The notes under the pieces: generated by a model
What the model was told of the DNA's origin: nothing
Seen by the model: only the letters and a program-made list of their open reading frames with translations
The model's database searches: none
Program-made: the position numbers and the translations under genes
Source of the DNA: Lysobacteraceae bacterium
GTDB taxonomy: Bacteria > Pseudomonadota > Gammaproteobacteria > Xanthomonadales > BPKI01
Direction of reading: 5' to 3'
DNA length: 57,458 nt
Assembly (NCBI GenBank): GCA_035444205.1
Contig: DAOMOD010000003.1
Location: 1,503-58,960 of the forward strand
In this document: positions 46,748 through 56,257 of the stretch, in pieces
Layout: every line of letters begins with the position of its first letter
Numbering within the stretch: position 1 is the stretch's first letter

Positions 46748-48535
46748 GTGAGTTCCACGCCAAACGCGGTGTGTCTGGTCGCCGCCTGCTTGCTTGGGTG
46801 CATCGCATCGGTCCGTGCCGTGGGCGCGGCCGAGGTCGATGTGCTGGTTCGCAGCGCGGTGACCGGGGCACCCCTGGAAGCCACCCTGGCGCTCCATCCG
46901 CTCGCGCGAACCGAGGGCGTGACGCGCGAGAGGCTGGAAGGCTTCGCAGACGTCGCCGCCGCCCAGGAGGTGCGCACCACGGCTGGGCGCGTGCGGATCG
47001 ACCTTTCCGGCCCGTTCCTTGCCAAGGTGCACGCGCCGGGCCATGCGCCGCTTGCGACGGTAGTGGAACCCGGCGCGCACGGCTGGACCTTGTGGCTGAC
47101 GCCACTGGATGAGGCGCAACCGGACAGCGGGTTGGATGCCGACGCCTTGCATCTTGCGGGCATCGTGCGGAACGCCGAAACACTGGCTCCGCTGGCGGGC
47201 GTCGAGTTGCGCCTGGAACCGCTGGGCCTCGTTGCGCTCAGCGCTGCCGACGGCGCCTACGCGTTCGAGGCGCCACCGCCCACGCTGGACCGAGCGACCG
47301 AGTTTCTGCGTCTCGAAGCCTGGGTCTCGGGGCGAATGCGGTTGGTGGATCCGGCGATACCCTGGGCCGCGGGAAGCGCATGGCGGGTGGTCGATCTGGT
47401 CGCAGGGGAACCGGCGCGTCACCGCCACCAGCATCCCCTGCATGGCGGCATCCAACTGGAGGATGCCTTCCGGCGCGACGGTCCGGCAGGTACCGATCCC
47501 GACCAGCCGCCGCTGTCGGTGCGGGTCGGTTTCGCCGATGCCTCCTGTACGCAGAGCTGCTGCACGGCAAGCTGCACGCACGTCTGTGTGTTCGACCTCG
47601 AAACCTACGTGCGGCGCGGCATCACCTACGAGTGGATCGCGAGCTGGACGCAGAGTTCGCTGCGCGCCGGCACGGTGGCCTATCGCAGCTATGGCGCCTG
47701 GCATGCACTGAATCCCCCGGTGAGCCGTCCCTTCGACCTGTGTTCGTCGGCGTGCTGCCAGGTGAACGGCCCCAATGTCCACGGCAACGGCGTCCAGGCC
47801 GCGCGCGCCACCGCCGGGCTGATGATGAAGCGCAACGGGACCGTGTTCCGTTCCGAGTACTCGGCAGAGAACAACTGCAAGCTCGGCACGATGTCGTGCA
47901 GCAATAGCGATTTTTCCTGCGGAGACGGCTACAACGGGTCGCCGGCTGCCAACTGGCCATGCCTGGAGGACAGCGTCGGCCTCGGCCGGGACTGCTTCGG
48001 CCACGGCCGCGGCATGAGCCAGTGGGGCACGCAGCGCTGGTCGCTGACACCGCACTTCCAGGCATGGCCGTGGATCGTGAACCACTACTACAACGCCAAC
48101 GGTGCCGGCAGCGGCATGCGCTCGGCGGCGATGACCCAGGTGCTTTCGATCCTCGACGCGGCGCCTGCACCGGCATCGGTCACAGCGGGACAAGGCTTCG
48201 AGATCGTCGTCGAGGCGCTCAATCGCGCCGCCGAGAGCCATCAGGCGGTGCTGATCGGCGCCAGCATCCGGCGTGGCAGCGATCCCTTCCTCTCCGATCC
48301 GTCCAACGACCGCCTGCTGGAACTTTCGCCAGGCGTGGCGCTGGCCACCCGCGATTTCGTGGTGCCGCCCGGCACGCCGCCCGGCAGCTACGCGCTGTGG
48401 GTGGCGCTGTATCTCGATATCGACGGCAATGGCGCGATCGGCGGCGACCTTGCCCAGGCGCTGGTCCAGATTCCGGATGCATTGCAGGTGACCGCCGCCG
48501 CGCCGACGGTGTTCGCCGACGGTTTCGAGGAGTAG
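46748..48535 (+). CDS. secreted SpoIID/LytB-domain protein with N-terminal CarboxypepD_reg-like domains and a C-terminal Ig-like domain ending in FADGFEE
   Basis: GTG start with a GGGGGG RBS. Signal peptide with possible lipobox (VAACLLGC). SpoIID signatures YVRRGITYEW...AGTVAYRSYG...DLCSSACCQV...GHGRGMSQWG...VNHYY. Unusually Cys-rich. Confidence 0.8.
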   Translation: MSSTPNAVCLVAACLLGCIASVRAVGAAEVDVLVRSAVTGAPLEATLALHPLARTEGVTRERLEGFADVAAAQEVRTTAGRVRIDLSGPFLAKVHAPGHAPLATVVEPGAHGWTLWLTPLDEAQPDSGLDADALHLAGIVRNAETLAPLAGVELRLEPLGLVALSAADGAYAFEAPPPTLDRATEFLRLEAWVSGRMRLVDPAIPWAAGSAWRVVDLVAGEPARHRHQHPLHGGIQLEDAFRRDGPAGTDPDQPPLSVRVGFADASCTQSCCTASCTHVCVFDLETYVRRGITYEWIASWTQSSLRAGTVAYRSYGAWHALNPPVSRPFDLCSSACCQVNGPNVHGNGVQAARATAGLMMKRNGTVFRSEYSAENNCKLGTMSCSNSDFSCGDGYNGSPAANWPCLEDSVGLGRDCFGHGRGMSQWGTQRWSLTPHFQAWPWIVNHYYNANGAGSGMRSAAMTQVLSILDAAPAPASVTAGQGFEIVVEALNRAAESHQAVLIGASIRRGSDPFLSDPSNDRLLELSPGVALATRDFVVPPGTPPGSYALWVALYLDIDGNGAIGGDLAQALVQIPDALQVTAAAPTVFADGFEE

Positions 48536-48811
48536 CGAGAGACTATTGACGAAGCAGGCAGGCCCTGCTAGCGTCGGCCGCGCTTTGCGCGCTGATGGCG
48601 CGCTCGGCCTGACCCGGCGCCTCCACGCTGTCGACCAGACTACGGTCACCACAGGCAGTGCGGGGGCAGACATCGGGGATCGCGGTCGGGGGGCCGCTGA
48701 ACCGGGGGACGTTGCGCGCTGCTGGCGTGGTCGGGGCAAGAATGGGGTGTCTCGCGCCCCGTGACATCACGGGGAGTTGGAGTCTGCAACCAGCCCTTGG
48801 GGGGTCATTCC

Positions 48812-50884
48812 GTGCTTCCACGCAAGAACCGTGCGTTCCACCGGTGCGCGCTCGCGCTTTCCGTTTCCATCGCCTTTGCAGGTCACGTCCAGGCATCCGG
48901 CCTGGGTGCCTCGCGCGACGACGAATCCTCGCGCATCAACCTTTCCGCCCTCGACGGTCCGTACGAGTACGACCGTTTCATCGTGCAGTTCAGGGAGGGC
49001 AGCGCCGAGCGATTCCAGGACCAGGTGAGACAGCAGGCGCTGAACGGCATCGGCCGCAGCGTCGGCCTGAGCATCGCCGAAGTCAGGCGGCTCGCCGTCG
49101 GCGCCGAATTGATCGAGGTCGACCGCAAACTGTCCCGCGCCGCCAGCGAAGCGCTGATGCGTGCGCTGGCAAGGCATCCCAGCGTCGAGTACGTGGAGCC
49201 GGATGCGCGCATGACCATTGCCTGGACGCCCAACGACACCCACTACAACGCCCAGTGGCATTATCACGAGGCCACCGGTGGCCTGCGTCTGCCCGCAGCC
49301 TGGGACCGCTCGCGCGGCAACGGCGTGCGCGTGGCGGTGCTGGATACCGGCATCACGCCGCACAGCGACCTCGACGGCAACATCGTCGGCGGTTACGACT
49401 TCATCAGCAGTGCGGCCACCGCTCGCGACGGCAACGGACGCGATTCCAACCCGCGCGATGAGGGTGACTGGGTGGCGGCCAACGAGTGCTACTCGGGCAG
49501 TCCGGCCTCGAACTCCAGTTGGCATGGCACCCACGTCGCCGGCACCGTCGCCGCGGTGACCAACAACAGCAAGGGCGTGGCCGGTGTCGCGCCGCAGGCA
49601 AAGGTGGTGCCGGTGCGCGTGCTCGGCCGCTGTGGTGGCGCGCTGTCCGACATCGCCGATGCCATCGTCTGGGCCTCCGGCGGCAGCGTCAGCGGTGTAC
49701 CGGCCAATGCCAACCCGGCCGAGGTGATCAACATGAGCCTGGGCGGCAGCGGAAGCTGCGGCAGCACCTACCAGAACGCCATCAACAGTGCCGTCAATCG
49801 CGGCTCGGTGGTGGTGGTCGCCGCCGGCAACGATGGCGTCAACGTGTCCAATGCGCGTCCGGCCAACTGCAACAACGTCATCGCGGTGGCCGCCACCAAC
49901 CGCGCCGGCGGCCGCGCCTGGTACTCCAACTTCGGTACCTTGATCGACGTGGCCGCGCCCGGCGGCGACGCCAGCAGCACAGCCGCCAACGGCGTCGCGT
50001 CGACGGTCAACAACGGCACCACGACGCCGACCACCGAGGGCTATGGCTACCAGAGCGGCACCTCCATGGCGGCGCCGCACGTAGCCGGCGTGGTGGCCCT
50101 GATGCAGGCGGTGAATGCGAAGTCGCCGGCCGAGGTCGAGCAGATCCTGAAGAACACCGCGCGCGCCTTCCCGGCGAGCTGCTCGGGTTGCGGCAGCGGC
50201 ATCGTCGATGCCAATGCCGCGGTGGCAGCGGTGGAGCCGCCGCCCGCACCAGTCGCCCTGCAGAACGGGCAGCCGGTAGGCAATCTGTCCGGGGCGACCG
50301 GCAGCGAGCGGCGCTGGACGGTAGCCATTCCCGCCGGTGCGACCAATCTGCAGATCGCCATTTCCGGTGGCAGCGGCGACGCCGATCTGTACGTGCGACG
50401 GGGCGCCGAGCCGACCACATCGACGTACGATTGCCGGCCCTATCTCAACGGCAACAACGAGAGCTGTTCGTTCGCCTCGCCGCAGTCCGGCACCTGGCAC
50501 GTGATGATCCGCGGCTATGCCGCGTACTCGGGCGTGACCCTGCAGGCCAGCTGGACCGAACCGGTGAGCGCGCCATGCACCGGATGCACCAAGTACTCCG
50601 GTTCGCTGTCCGGCAGTGGCCAGGCGCAGGTCCAGCCCAACGGGACCTACTACCAGAGCACGGTGTCCGGATCGCATCAGGGCTGGCTCGAAGGACCGGC
50701 CAATGCCGACTTCGATCTCGAACTGTATCGCTGGAGCGGAAGCAGTTGGGTGCGCGTGGCCAGCGCCACCAGCAGCAATTCCAGCGAGCACATCACCTAC
50801 AACGGTACTGCCGGTTACTACTACTGGCGTGTGCTGTCCTACAGCGGCAGCGGCAGCTACGATCTCTGGATCAAGCGGCCCTGA
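48812..50884 (+). CDS. secreted S8 serine protease with propeptide and two pre-peptidase C-terminal (PPC) domains
   Basis: GTG 48812 (GGGGGG RBS, signal peptide LPRKNRAFHRCALALSVSIAFAGHVQA) is preferred over the track's GTG 48761. Catalytic motifs VAVLDTGI (Asp), WHGTHVAGT (His) and GTSMAAPHVAG (Ser). PPC motif GDADLYVRRG...GTWHVMIRGY and a second PPC-like domain. Confidence 0.88.
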   Translation: MLPRKNRAFHRCALALSVSIAFAGHVQASGLGASRDDESSRINLSALDGPYEYDRFIVQFREGSAERFQDQVRQQALNGIGRSVGLSIAEVRRLAVGAELIEVDRKLSRAASEALMRALARHPSVEYVEPDARMTIAWTPNDTHYNAQWHYHEATGGLRLPAAWDRSRGNGVRVAVLDTGITPHSDLDGNIVGGYDFISSAATARDGNGRDSNPRDEGDWVAANECYSGSPASNSSWHGTHVAGTVAAVTNNSKGVAGVAPQAKVVPVRVLGRCGGALSDIADAIVWASGGSVSGVPANANPAEVINMSLGGSGSCGSTYQNAINSAVNRGSVVVVAAGNDGVNVSNARPANCNNVIAVAATNRAGGRAWYSNFGTLIDVAAPGGDASSTAANGVASTVNNGTTTPTTEGYGYQSGTSMAAPHVAGVVALMQAVNAKSPAEVEQILKNTARAFPASCSGCGSGIVDANAAVAAVEPPPAPVALQNGQPVGNLSGATGSERRWTVAIPAGATNLQIAISGGSGDADLYVRRGAEPTTSTYDCRPYLNGNNESCSFASPQSGTWHVMIRGYAAYSGVTLQASWTEPVSAPCTGCTKYSGSLSGSGQAQVQPNGTYYQSTVSGSHQGWLEGPANADFDLELYRWSGSSWVRVASATSSNSSEHITYNGTAGYYYWRVLSYSGSGSYDLWIKRP

Positions 50885-50898
50885 GGCTAAGGAGCAAT

Positions 50899-50924
50899 GA
50901 AACGGGGCCTTCGGGCCCCGTTTC
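50899..50924 (+). terminator. hairpin terminator after the S8/PPC protease gene
   Basis: gaaacggggcc ttcg ggccccgtttc is an 11-bp perfect stem 15 nt after the stop, followed by acgtttctt (a weak U-tract). Confidence 0.65.
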
Positions 50925-50933
50925 ACGTTTCTT

Positions 50934-51010
50934 GTAGAGCGGAGCTTGCTACGCTTCAGGCCTCGCGGCACACCGCACCGCTTGAGCCGAGCAAGCTCGG
51001 CTCTACGAAA
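50934..51010. repeat. REP composite (two GTAG-headed hairpins), second copy of the 13941-14013 element
   Basis: GTAGAGCGGAGCTTGCTACGCT (50934 onward, plus strand) and gagccgagcaagctcggctctac (50984-51006, GTAG head on the minus strand). It lies between the convergent protease and parE genes. Confidence 0.65.
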
Positions 51011-51030
51011 GGCCAGCACGCCGCGCCGGG

Positions 51031-52920
51031 TCACACCTCGATCGAGGCGAGGTCGCCCTTGTGCTCCAGCCAGTTGCGGCGGTCGGAGGCGCGTTTCTTG
51101 CTGAGCAGCATGTCCATCAACGCCTCGGTGGCGGGCGGGTCGTCCACGGTGAGCTGCACCAGGCGTCTGGTGTCGGGGTGGATGGTGGATTCGCGCAACT
51201 GCGGCGGGTTCATCTCGCCGAGGCCCTTGAAGCGGGTCACGGTGACCTGCCCCTTGATCTTCTCCTCTTCGATGCGCTCGAGAAGGATGCGCTTCTCGTC
51301 CTCGTCGAGCGCGTAGAAAACCTGCTTGCCCACGTCCACCCGATACAGGGGCGGCATCGCCACGTACACGTGCCCGGCCCGCACCAGCGCCGGAAAATGG
51401 CGCAGGAACAGGGCGCACAGCAAGGTGGCGATGTGCAGGCCGTCGGAATCAGCATCGGCGAGGATGATGATGCGGCCGTAGCGAAGGCCCGACAGATCGT
51501 CCTTGCCCGGATCGCAACCGATGGCCACGGCGAGGTCGTGCACTTCGGTCGAGGCCAGTACGCCCGAGGATTCGACTTCCCAGGTGTTCAGGATCTTGCC
51601 ACGCAGCGGCAGGATGGCCTGAAAGCCCTTGTCGCGCGCCTGCTTGGCGGAACCGCCGGCGGAATCGCCCTCGACCAGGAACAGTTCGGTACGGGCGAGA
51701 TCGGTGTCGCTGCAGTCGGCCAGCTTGCCGGGCAGGGCGGGGCCGCTGGTGATCTTCTTGCGCACCACGATGCGGTCGCGCTTGAGCCGCACCTGCGCGC
51801 GTTCGATGGCGAGCTGGGCGATCTTCTCGCCGAGTTCCACATGCTGGTTGAGCCACAGGCTGAAGGCGTCGTGGACGATGCCCTCGACCAGTTGCGCGGC
51901 GGAGCGCGAAGACAGGCGTTCCTTGGTCTGGCCGGAGAACTGCGGCTCGATCAGCTTCACCGAGAGAATGAAGGCGAGCCGGTCCCAGACGTCCTCGGGC
52001 GCGATCTTCACGCCGCGCGGCAACAGGTTGCGGAAGTCGCAGAACTCGCGCAGCGCGTCGGTGAGGCCGCTGCGCAGGCCGTTGACGTGGGTGCCGAACT
52101 GGGCGGTGGGAATCAGGTTGACGTAGCTTTCCTGGACCAGCTCGCCTTCCGGCACCCAGGCCAGCGCCCATTCGCAGTGTTCGCCGCCGCGTTCGGCGCG
52201 GCCGGTGAACAGTTCCGCCGGCAGCCGCTCATGTTCGGCGAGAAGGCCGGACAGGTAGTCGCTGAGGCCCTCCTGGTACAGCCACTGCTCCTTCTCGCCG
52301 CTCGACTCGTCGAACAGCGACACCGAAAGGCCCGGACACAGCACCGCCTTGGCGCGCAGCAGGTGACGCAGGCGCGCCAGCGAAATCTTCGGCGAGTCGA
52401 AGTACTGCGGGTCCGGCCAGAAGCGCAGGCGCGTGCCGGTATTGCGCCGGCCGACCTGGCCTACCACTTCGAGGTCGCTGGCGCGATCGCCATCGGCGAA
52501 GGTCATCCGGTACTCCTGACCATCGCGTCGGATGTGCACCTCGACGCGTGTCGACAGCGCGTTCACCACGCTGACGCCAACGCCGTGCAGGCCGCCGGAG
52601 AAACTGTAGCTGCTCTTGTTGAACTTGCCGCCAGCGTGCAGGCGGGTGAGGATCAGTTCGATGCCGGGAATGCCTTCCTCGGGGTGGATATCGACCGGCA
52701 TGCCGCGGCCGTCGTCGGTCACCTCCACCGAGCCGTCCTTGAACACCGTCACCTCGATGGACCTGGCGTGGCCGGACAGCGCCTCGTCCACCGCATTGTC
52801 CACCACTTCCATGGCGAGGTGGTTGGGACGGGTGGTGTCGGTGTACATGCCGGGCCGGCGCTTGACCGGCTCCAGGCCGGACAGGACCTCGATATCGGCG
52901 GCGATGTAGCGGCTGCTCAT
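51031..52920 (-). CDS. parE: DNA topoisomerase IV subunit B
   Basis: MSSRYIAADIEVLSGLEPVKRRPGMYTD, a GHKL ATPase domain and a Toprim domain (LFLVEGDSAGGSAKQ). At 629 aa it lacks the GyrB-specific insert. Confidence 0.93.
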   Translation of the reverse strand: MSSRYIAADIEVLSGLEPVKRRPGMYTDTTRPNHLAMEVVDNAVDEALSGHARSIEVTVFKDGSVEVTDDGRGMPVDIHPEEGIPGIELILTRLHAGGKFNKSSYSFSGGLHGVGVSVVNALSTRVEVHIRRDGQEYRMTFADGDRASDLEVVGQVGRRNTGTRLRFWPDPQYFDSPKISLARLRHLLRAKAVLCPGLSVSLFDESSGEKEQWLYQEGLSDYLSGLLAEHERLPAELFTGRAERGGEHCEWALAWVPEGELVQESYVNLIPTAQFGTHVNGLRSGLTDALREFCDFRNLLPRGVKIAPEDVWDRLAFILSVKLIEPQFSGQTKERLSSRSAAQLVEGIVHDAFSLWLNQHVELGEKIAQLAIERAQVRLKRDRIVVRKKITSGPALPGKLADCSDTDLARTELFLVEGDSAGGSAKQARDKGFQAILPLRGKILNTWEVESSGVLASTEVHDLAVAIGCDPGKDDLSGLRYGRIIILADADSDGLHIATLLCALFLRHFPALVRAGHVYVAMPPLYRVDVGKQVFYALDEDEKRILLERIEEEKIKGQVTVTRFKGLGEMNPPQLRESTIHPDTRRLVQLTVDDPPATEALMDMLLSKKRASDRRNWLEHKGDLASIEV

Positions 52921-53023
52921 GCGGGTTCGGATGCGTGCGAGTGGGGGCGGCGCAGGATGGCCCCATCCGGGGCGCGATACAAGACTTGCGCAAATCGTCC
53001 CACGCTGCCGAGGGCAGCGCCGC

Positions 53024-53449
53024 TCAGGCGCCCTGTCGTGCCGCCGCAGCCGTCACCTGCTCCTCGACCACGCCCTTCCACAGCTTCTCGAATTCGTCCA
53101 GAAGCTGGCCGTAGGACTGCGCTTCGGTCCTGATTCTGGCACTGTCGATGGCCTGCTGGCTGGACCAGATCGACGCGCGCCGTTCCTCGCGCGCCGTCGA
53201 CTCGGCCACGCCATAGAGGAACCCGCTGCGCACATCGAACAGGGCCGCCGAAGCCGTGGTGGTGACGTGCGCGCGCTTGTTGCGCAGGAATCCGAGCGAC
53301 ACGATCGCCAGCGGCCCGATATCGGTCCCCTCGACGCTGAATCGGGTATCCACCGTGTACAGCAGCAGCAGGTCGGCCCTCAACTGCGCTGCGGCGTGGC
53401 GGAGTTCGCGCATCGAATTCAGGCGTTCCGGCAGCAGGATACGACTCAT
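53024..53449 (-). CDS. hypothetical protein (141 aa), translationally coupled to hflD
   Basis: ATG 53449 overlaps the hflD stop as [39 protein letters not shown]... has no signal peptide and matches no family I can name. Confidence 0.55.
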   Translation of the reverse strand: MSRILLPERLNSMRELRHAAAQLRADLLLLYTVDTRFSVEGTDIGPLAIVSLGFLRNKRAHVTTTASAALFDVRSGFLYGVAESTAREERRASIWSSQQAIDSARIRTEAQSYGQLLDEFEKLWKGVVEEQVTAAAARQGA

Positions 53450-54051
53450 CGTCGAATCAGATCGTCGCCGATGGCAAGTGCCCGACCGCGCTGCCAGACC
53501 AGCTTCCACGGGCGACCGCCCAACTGCCGCCATAGAACCGCGGCGCGCACTGCGGCCAGCAGCAGGGCGCGTACGGTCGCCACGCATTCCGGCCTGGCCA
53601 GGTGCTGCGGGTTGCCGCGCACCGAGATCCGCACCGGCAGGGTGCTTAGGGTCTGTGCGTACAGCCCGCCCAGGGCATCGATTACGAGTGGATGGTCGGC
53701 GCCGTGTTGGTTGGCGCTGGGCTCGATGCTGCGCAGCCCCTCGCGCAGCGCCATGCCGAGGTCGCGGCGACGCAGGAACTTGCGTTCCACCTGAAGAAGA
53801 TTGACTGCCAGCCGCAGCATCTGGGCGTCGGAGCCTGGGCTGTGCAGCAGGTCCCGCAGTGCATCGAGTCCATAGCGCAACGAGGCCACACCGCCGAACA
53901 CCGCTTCGGTGCTGTCGGCATCGATGCGAAACACGCTTTCCAGGCTGGTCCGCATCGGTGCCTGCGGTGCATCGCCGTGCTCGGCCATGCGTCGCACCAG
54001 GCGCAGCGCCTGCATCAGGCCGGCCAGGGCGATGACCTGGTCGCGGGTCAT
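53446..54051 (-). CDS. hflD: high frequency of lysogenization protein HflD
   Basis: ATG 54051 overlaps the mnmA stop (ATGA). [19 protein letters not shown]...LLQVERKF pattern. The position downstream of mnmA is conserved in gammaproteobacteria. Confidence 0.85.
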   Translation of the reverse strand: MTRDQVIALAGLMQALRLVRRMAEHGDAPQAPMRTSLESVFRIDADSTEAVFGGVASLRYGLDALRDLLHSPGSDAQMLRLAVNLLQVERKFLRRRDLGMALREGLRSIEPSANQHGADHPLVIDALGGLYAQTLSTLPVRISVRGNPQHLARPECVATVRALLLAAVRAAVLWRQLGGRPWKLVWQRGRALAIGDDLIRR

Positions 54052-55166
54052 GCCGCCCGCGCCTCGTTCAGGCCCCCCAAGGGCGCATCGGTGGCTTCGA
54101 TGGTGCCGCCGCCCAGGCATACCTCGTCGCGGTACAGCACCAGCGCCTGCCCGGGCGTGACCGCACGCTGCTGGCGGGCGAACTCAAGGTCGAGGCTGCC
54201 GTCGTCCCGCATGCGGGCGCGGCAGGGTTCGTCCTGCTGGCGGTAGCGGGTCTTGGCCGTGCATTCGAACTCGCCTGCGGGCGGCGCACCGTCGACAAAA
54301 GACAGTTCGCGGGCCAGCAGCCGTCGCGACATCAGCCAGGGATGGTCGTGGCCCTGGCCGACGATCAGAACGTTGTCGCGGACGCGCTTGGCCAGCACGT
54401 ACCAGGGCGTTTCACCGGTGCCGCGCACGCCGCCGATGCCAAGGCCCTGGCGCTGGCCCAGGGTGAAGTAGGCGACACCGGGATGCTCGCCGACTGTGAC
54501 GCCTTCCGGCGTGCGCATCTCGCCCGGCTGGCCGGGCAGGTAGCGCGACAGGAACTCGCGGAAGTTGTCCGGACCGATGAAGCAGATGCCGGTGGAATCC
54601 TTCTTGGCGTGGGTGGGCAGCCCGGCTTCGCGGGCCAGTGTGCGCACCTGCGCCTTGGGCAGTTCTCCCACCGGAAACAGGGTGGCGGCAAGCTGATCCT
54701 GGCCCAGGGTATAGAGGAAGTAGCTCTGGTCCTTGCCGCCATCGCAACCGCGCAAGAGCAGGTAGCGGTCGTGCTCGCGGCCGATGCGGGCGTAGTGGCC
54801 GGTGGCGATGCGCCCGGCGCCAAGATCGCGCGCCTGGTCCAGAAAGGTGCGGAACTTGATCTCGCGGTTGCACAGGATGTCCGGGTTCGGTGTGCGTCCG
54901 GCGCGGTACTCGGCGAGGAAATGCTCGAACACCCCATCCCAGTATTCGGAGGAAAAGTTGCGGGTGTAGAAGGGAATGCCGAGCAGCTCGGCCACCGCCT
55001 CGGCATCGCGCGCATCGTCCTCGGCGCGGCAGGTGCCGTCGCGGTCGTCCTCCTCCCAGTTCTTCATGAACAGGCCGGCGATACTCAGTCCCTGGTGCTT
55101 CAGCAGCAGGGCGGCGACCGAGGAATCCACTCCGCCGGACAGGCCGACGATCGCATCCACGCCCAT
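54048..55166 (-). CDS. mnmA: tRNA 2-thiouridine(34) synthase
   Basis: ATG 55166. PP-loop [16 protein letters not shown], and [12 protein letters not shown]. 372 aa. Confidence 0.95.
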   Translation of the reverse strand: MGVDAIVGLSGGVDSSVAALLLKHQGLSIAGLFMKNWEEDDRDGTCRAEDDARDAEAVAELLGIPFYTRNFSSEYWDGVFEHFLAEYRAGRTPNPDILCNREIKFRTFLDQARDLGAGRIATGHYARIGREHDRYLLLRGCDGGKDQSYFLYTLGQDQLAATLFPVGELPKAQVRTLAREAGLPTHAKKDSTGICFIGPDNFREFLSRYLPGQPGEMRTPEGVTVGEHPGVAYFTLGQRQGLGIGGVRGTGETPWYVLAKRVRDNVLIVGQGHDHPWLMSRRLLARELSFVDGAPPAGEFECTAKTRYRQQDEPCRARMRDDGSLDLEFARQQRAVTPGQALVLYRDEVCLGGGTIEATDAPLGGLNEARAA

Positions 55167-55173
55167 GGCGGCC

Positions 55174-55653
55174 TCAACCGGCCTGGAAGCGCTGCACGGC
55201 GCTGATCGGCAGGGGCGGATGGGCGAGGAAGTCGTCCAGCGAACGCAGCACCAGCGGCGTGCGCAGGTTCCATGAACCGAGCGCCACCTCGTCGCGCGAA
55301 AGCCAAAGCGCGCGCAGGATGCCGCGGTCCAGCGGCTGTGCATCCAGGTGTCGCAGCGGTTCCGCCGCGAAGGTGAAGCGCAGCATGTCGCGACCGCCGT
55401 TGGGGCTGCGCCACTGGTAGACGCCGATCAGGCCGGTGATCTCCACCTCCCAGGCGCTTTCCTCGGCGGTTTCCCTGATTGCCGCGTCGATCAGCGATTC
55501 GTCCGCCTCCAGGTGGCCCGCCGGCTGGTTGAGGACGCGCTGGCCGCGGATGCTCTCCTCGACGAACAGGAAACGACCATCGACGGCGACCACGGTCGCC
55601 ACCGTGACATCCGGGCGCCAATGACTGCTGTCGGCCTCGAGTTCGTGAATCAT
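55174..55653 (-). CDS. NUDIX hydrolase
   Basis: ATG 55653 (MIHELEAD). Nudix box [23 protein letters not shown]. 159 aa. Confidence 0.85.
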   Translation of the reverse strand: MIHELEADSSHWRPDVTVATVVAVDGRFLFVEESIRGQRVLNQPAGHLEADESLIDAAIRETAEESAWEVEITGLIGVYQWRSPNGGRDMLRFTFAAEPLRHLDAQPLDRGILRALWLSRDEVALGSWNLRTPLVLRSLDDFLAHPPLPISAVQRFQAG

Positions 55654-55898
55654 TGTTGCATCCGTGGGTTGCAGCCGCCCAAGCTTACACGAGCATCCTG
55701 TCGTCGGGCTGCCCCGACTGCCCCGGAAACACGGGGATCGGCGTTGCTGCCGTGGTTTGCCGGCGGCATCGAGGCGGAGCGCGACAGCACGCCTGGTGTG
55801 GCGCAGCCGACGGCCGGTATCCGCGACCGCCTTGAATCCCGCTGCGCCGCCGCCACTCAGTCGTATACTGACGGCCAAGGCAGGTTCTTTCCACATCC

Positions 55899-56225
55899 AT
55901 GGCTGAACGTCGAGAACGGCCGGGCGAACAGGAACACGGCGTAGCGGTGGAAGCCGCCAAACCGGAGGTCGAACGCCCGCCGATGTACCAGGTGGTGCTG
56001 CTGAACGACGATTACACCCCGATGGACTTTGTGATCGTCGTGCTGCAGACATTCTTCGCCATGACCCGCGAACGAGCCACGCGGGTCATGTTGCATGTGC
56101 ATACCCGCGGCAAGGGCATCTGCGGGGTGTTTACGCGCGAGGTGGCCGAAACCAAGGTCACCCAGGTGAACGAATTTTCGCGCGGCCACCAGCATCCGCT
56201 GCTTTGCACGATGGAAAAGGCTTGA
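55899..56225 (+). CDS. clpS: ATP-dependent Clp protease adaptor ClpS
   Basis: [27 protein letters not shown]. Confidence 0.95.
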   Translation: MAERRERPGEQEHGVAVEAAKPEVERPPMYQVVLLNDDYTPMDFVIVVLQTFFAMTRERATRVMLHVHTRGKGICGVFTREVAETKVTQVNEFSRGHQHPLLCTMEKA

Positions 56226-56257
56226 GTAACGCCGGTGTTCCGGCCTAGGCTTGGACC

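Noticed and set aside
42754-51418. Long minus-strand ORFs 42754-45285, 45592-47163, 46394-48739 and 48767-51418, plus repeat-derived ORFs 44664-45491 and 45735-46547
   Set aside because: These are antisense or off-frame readings of the oxygenase, propeller, SpoIID and S8 genes. The periodicity in some of them only mirrors the sense-strand propeller repeats.
51061-53133. 690-aa plus-strand ORF opposite parE, and the 472-aa minus ORF 56012-57430 opposite clpA
   Set aside because: Shadow ORFs. The parE and clpA frames carry unmistakable ATPase, Toprim and AAA+ motifs.
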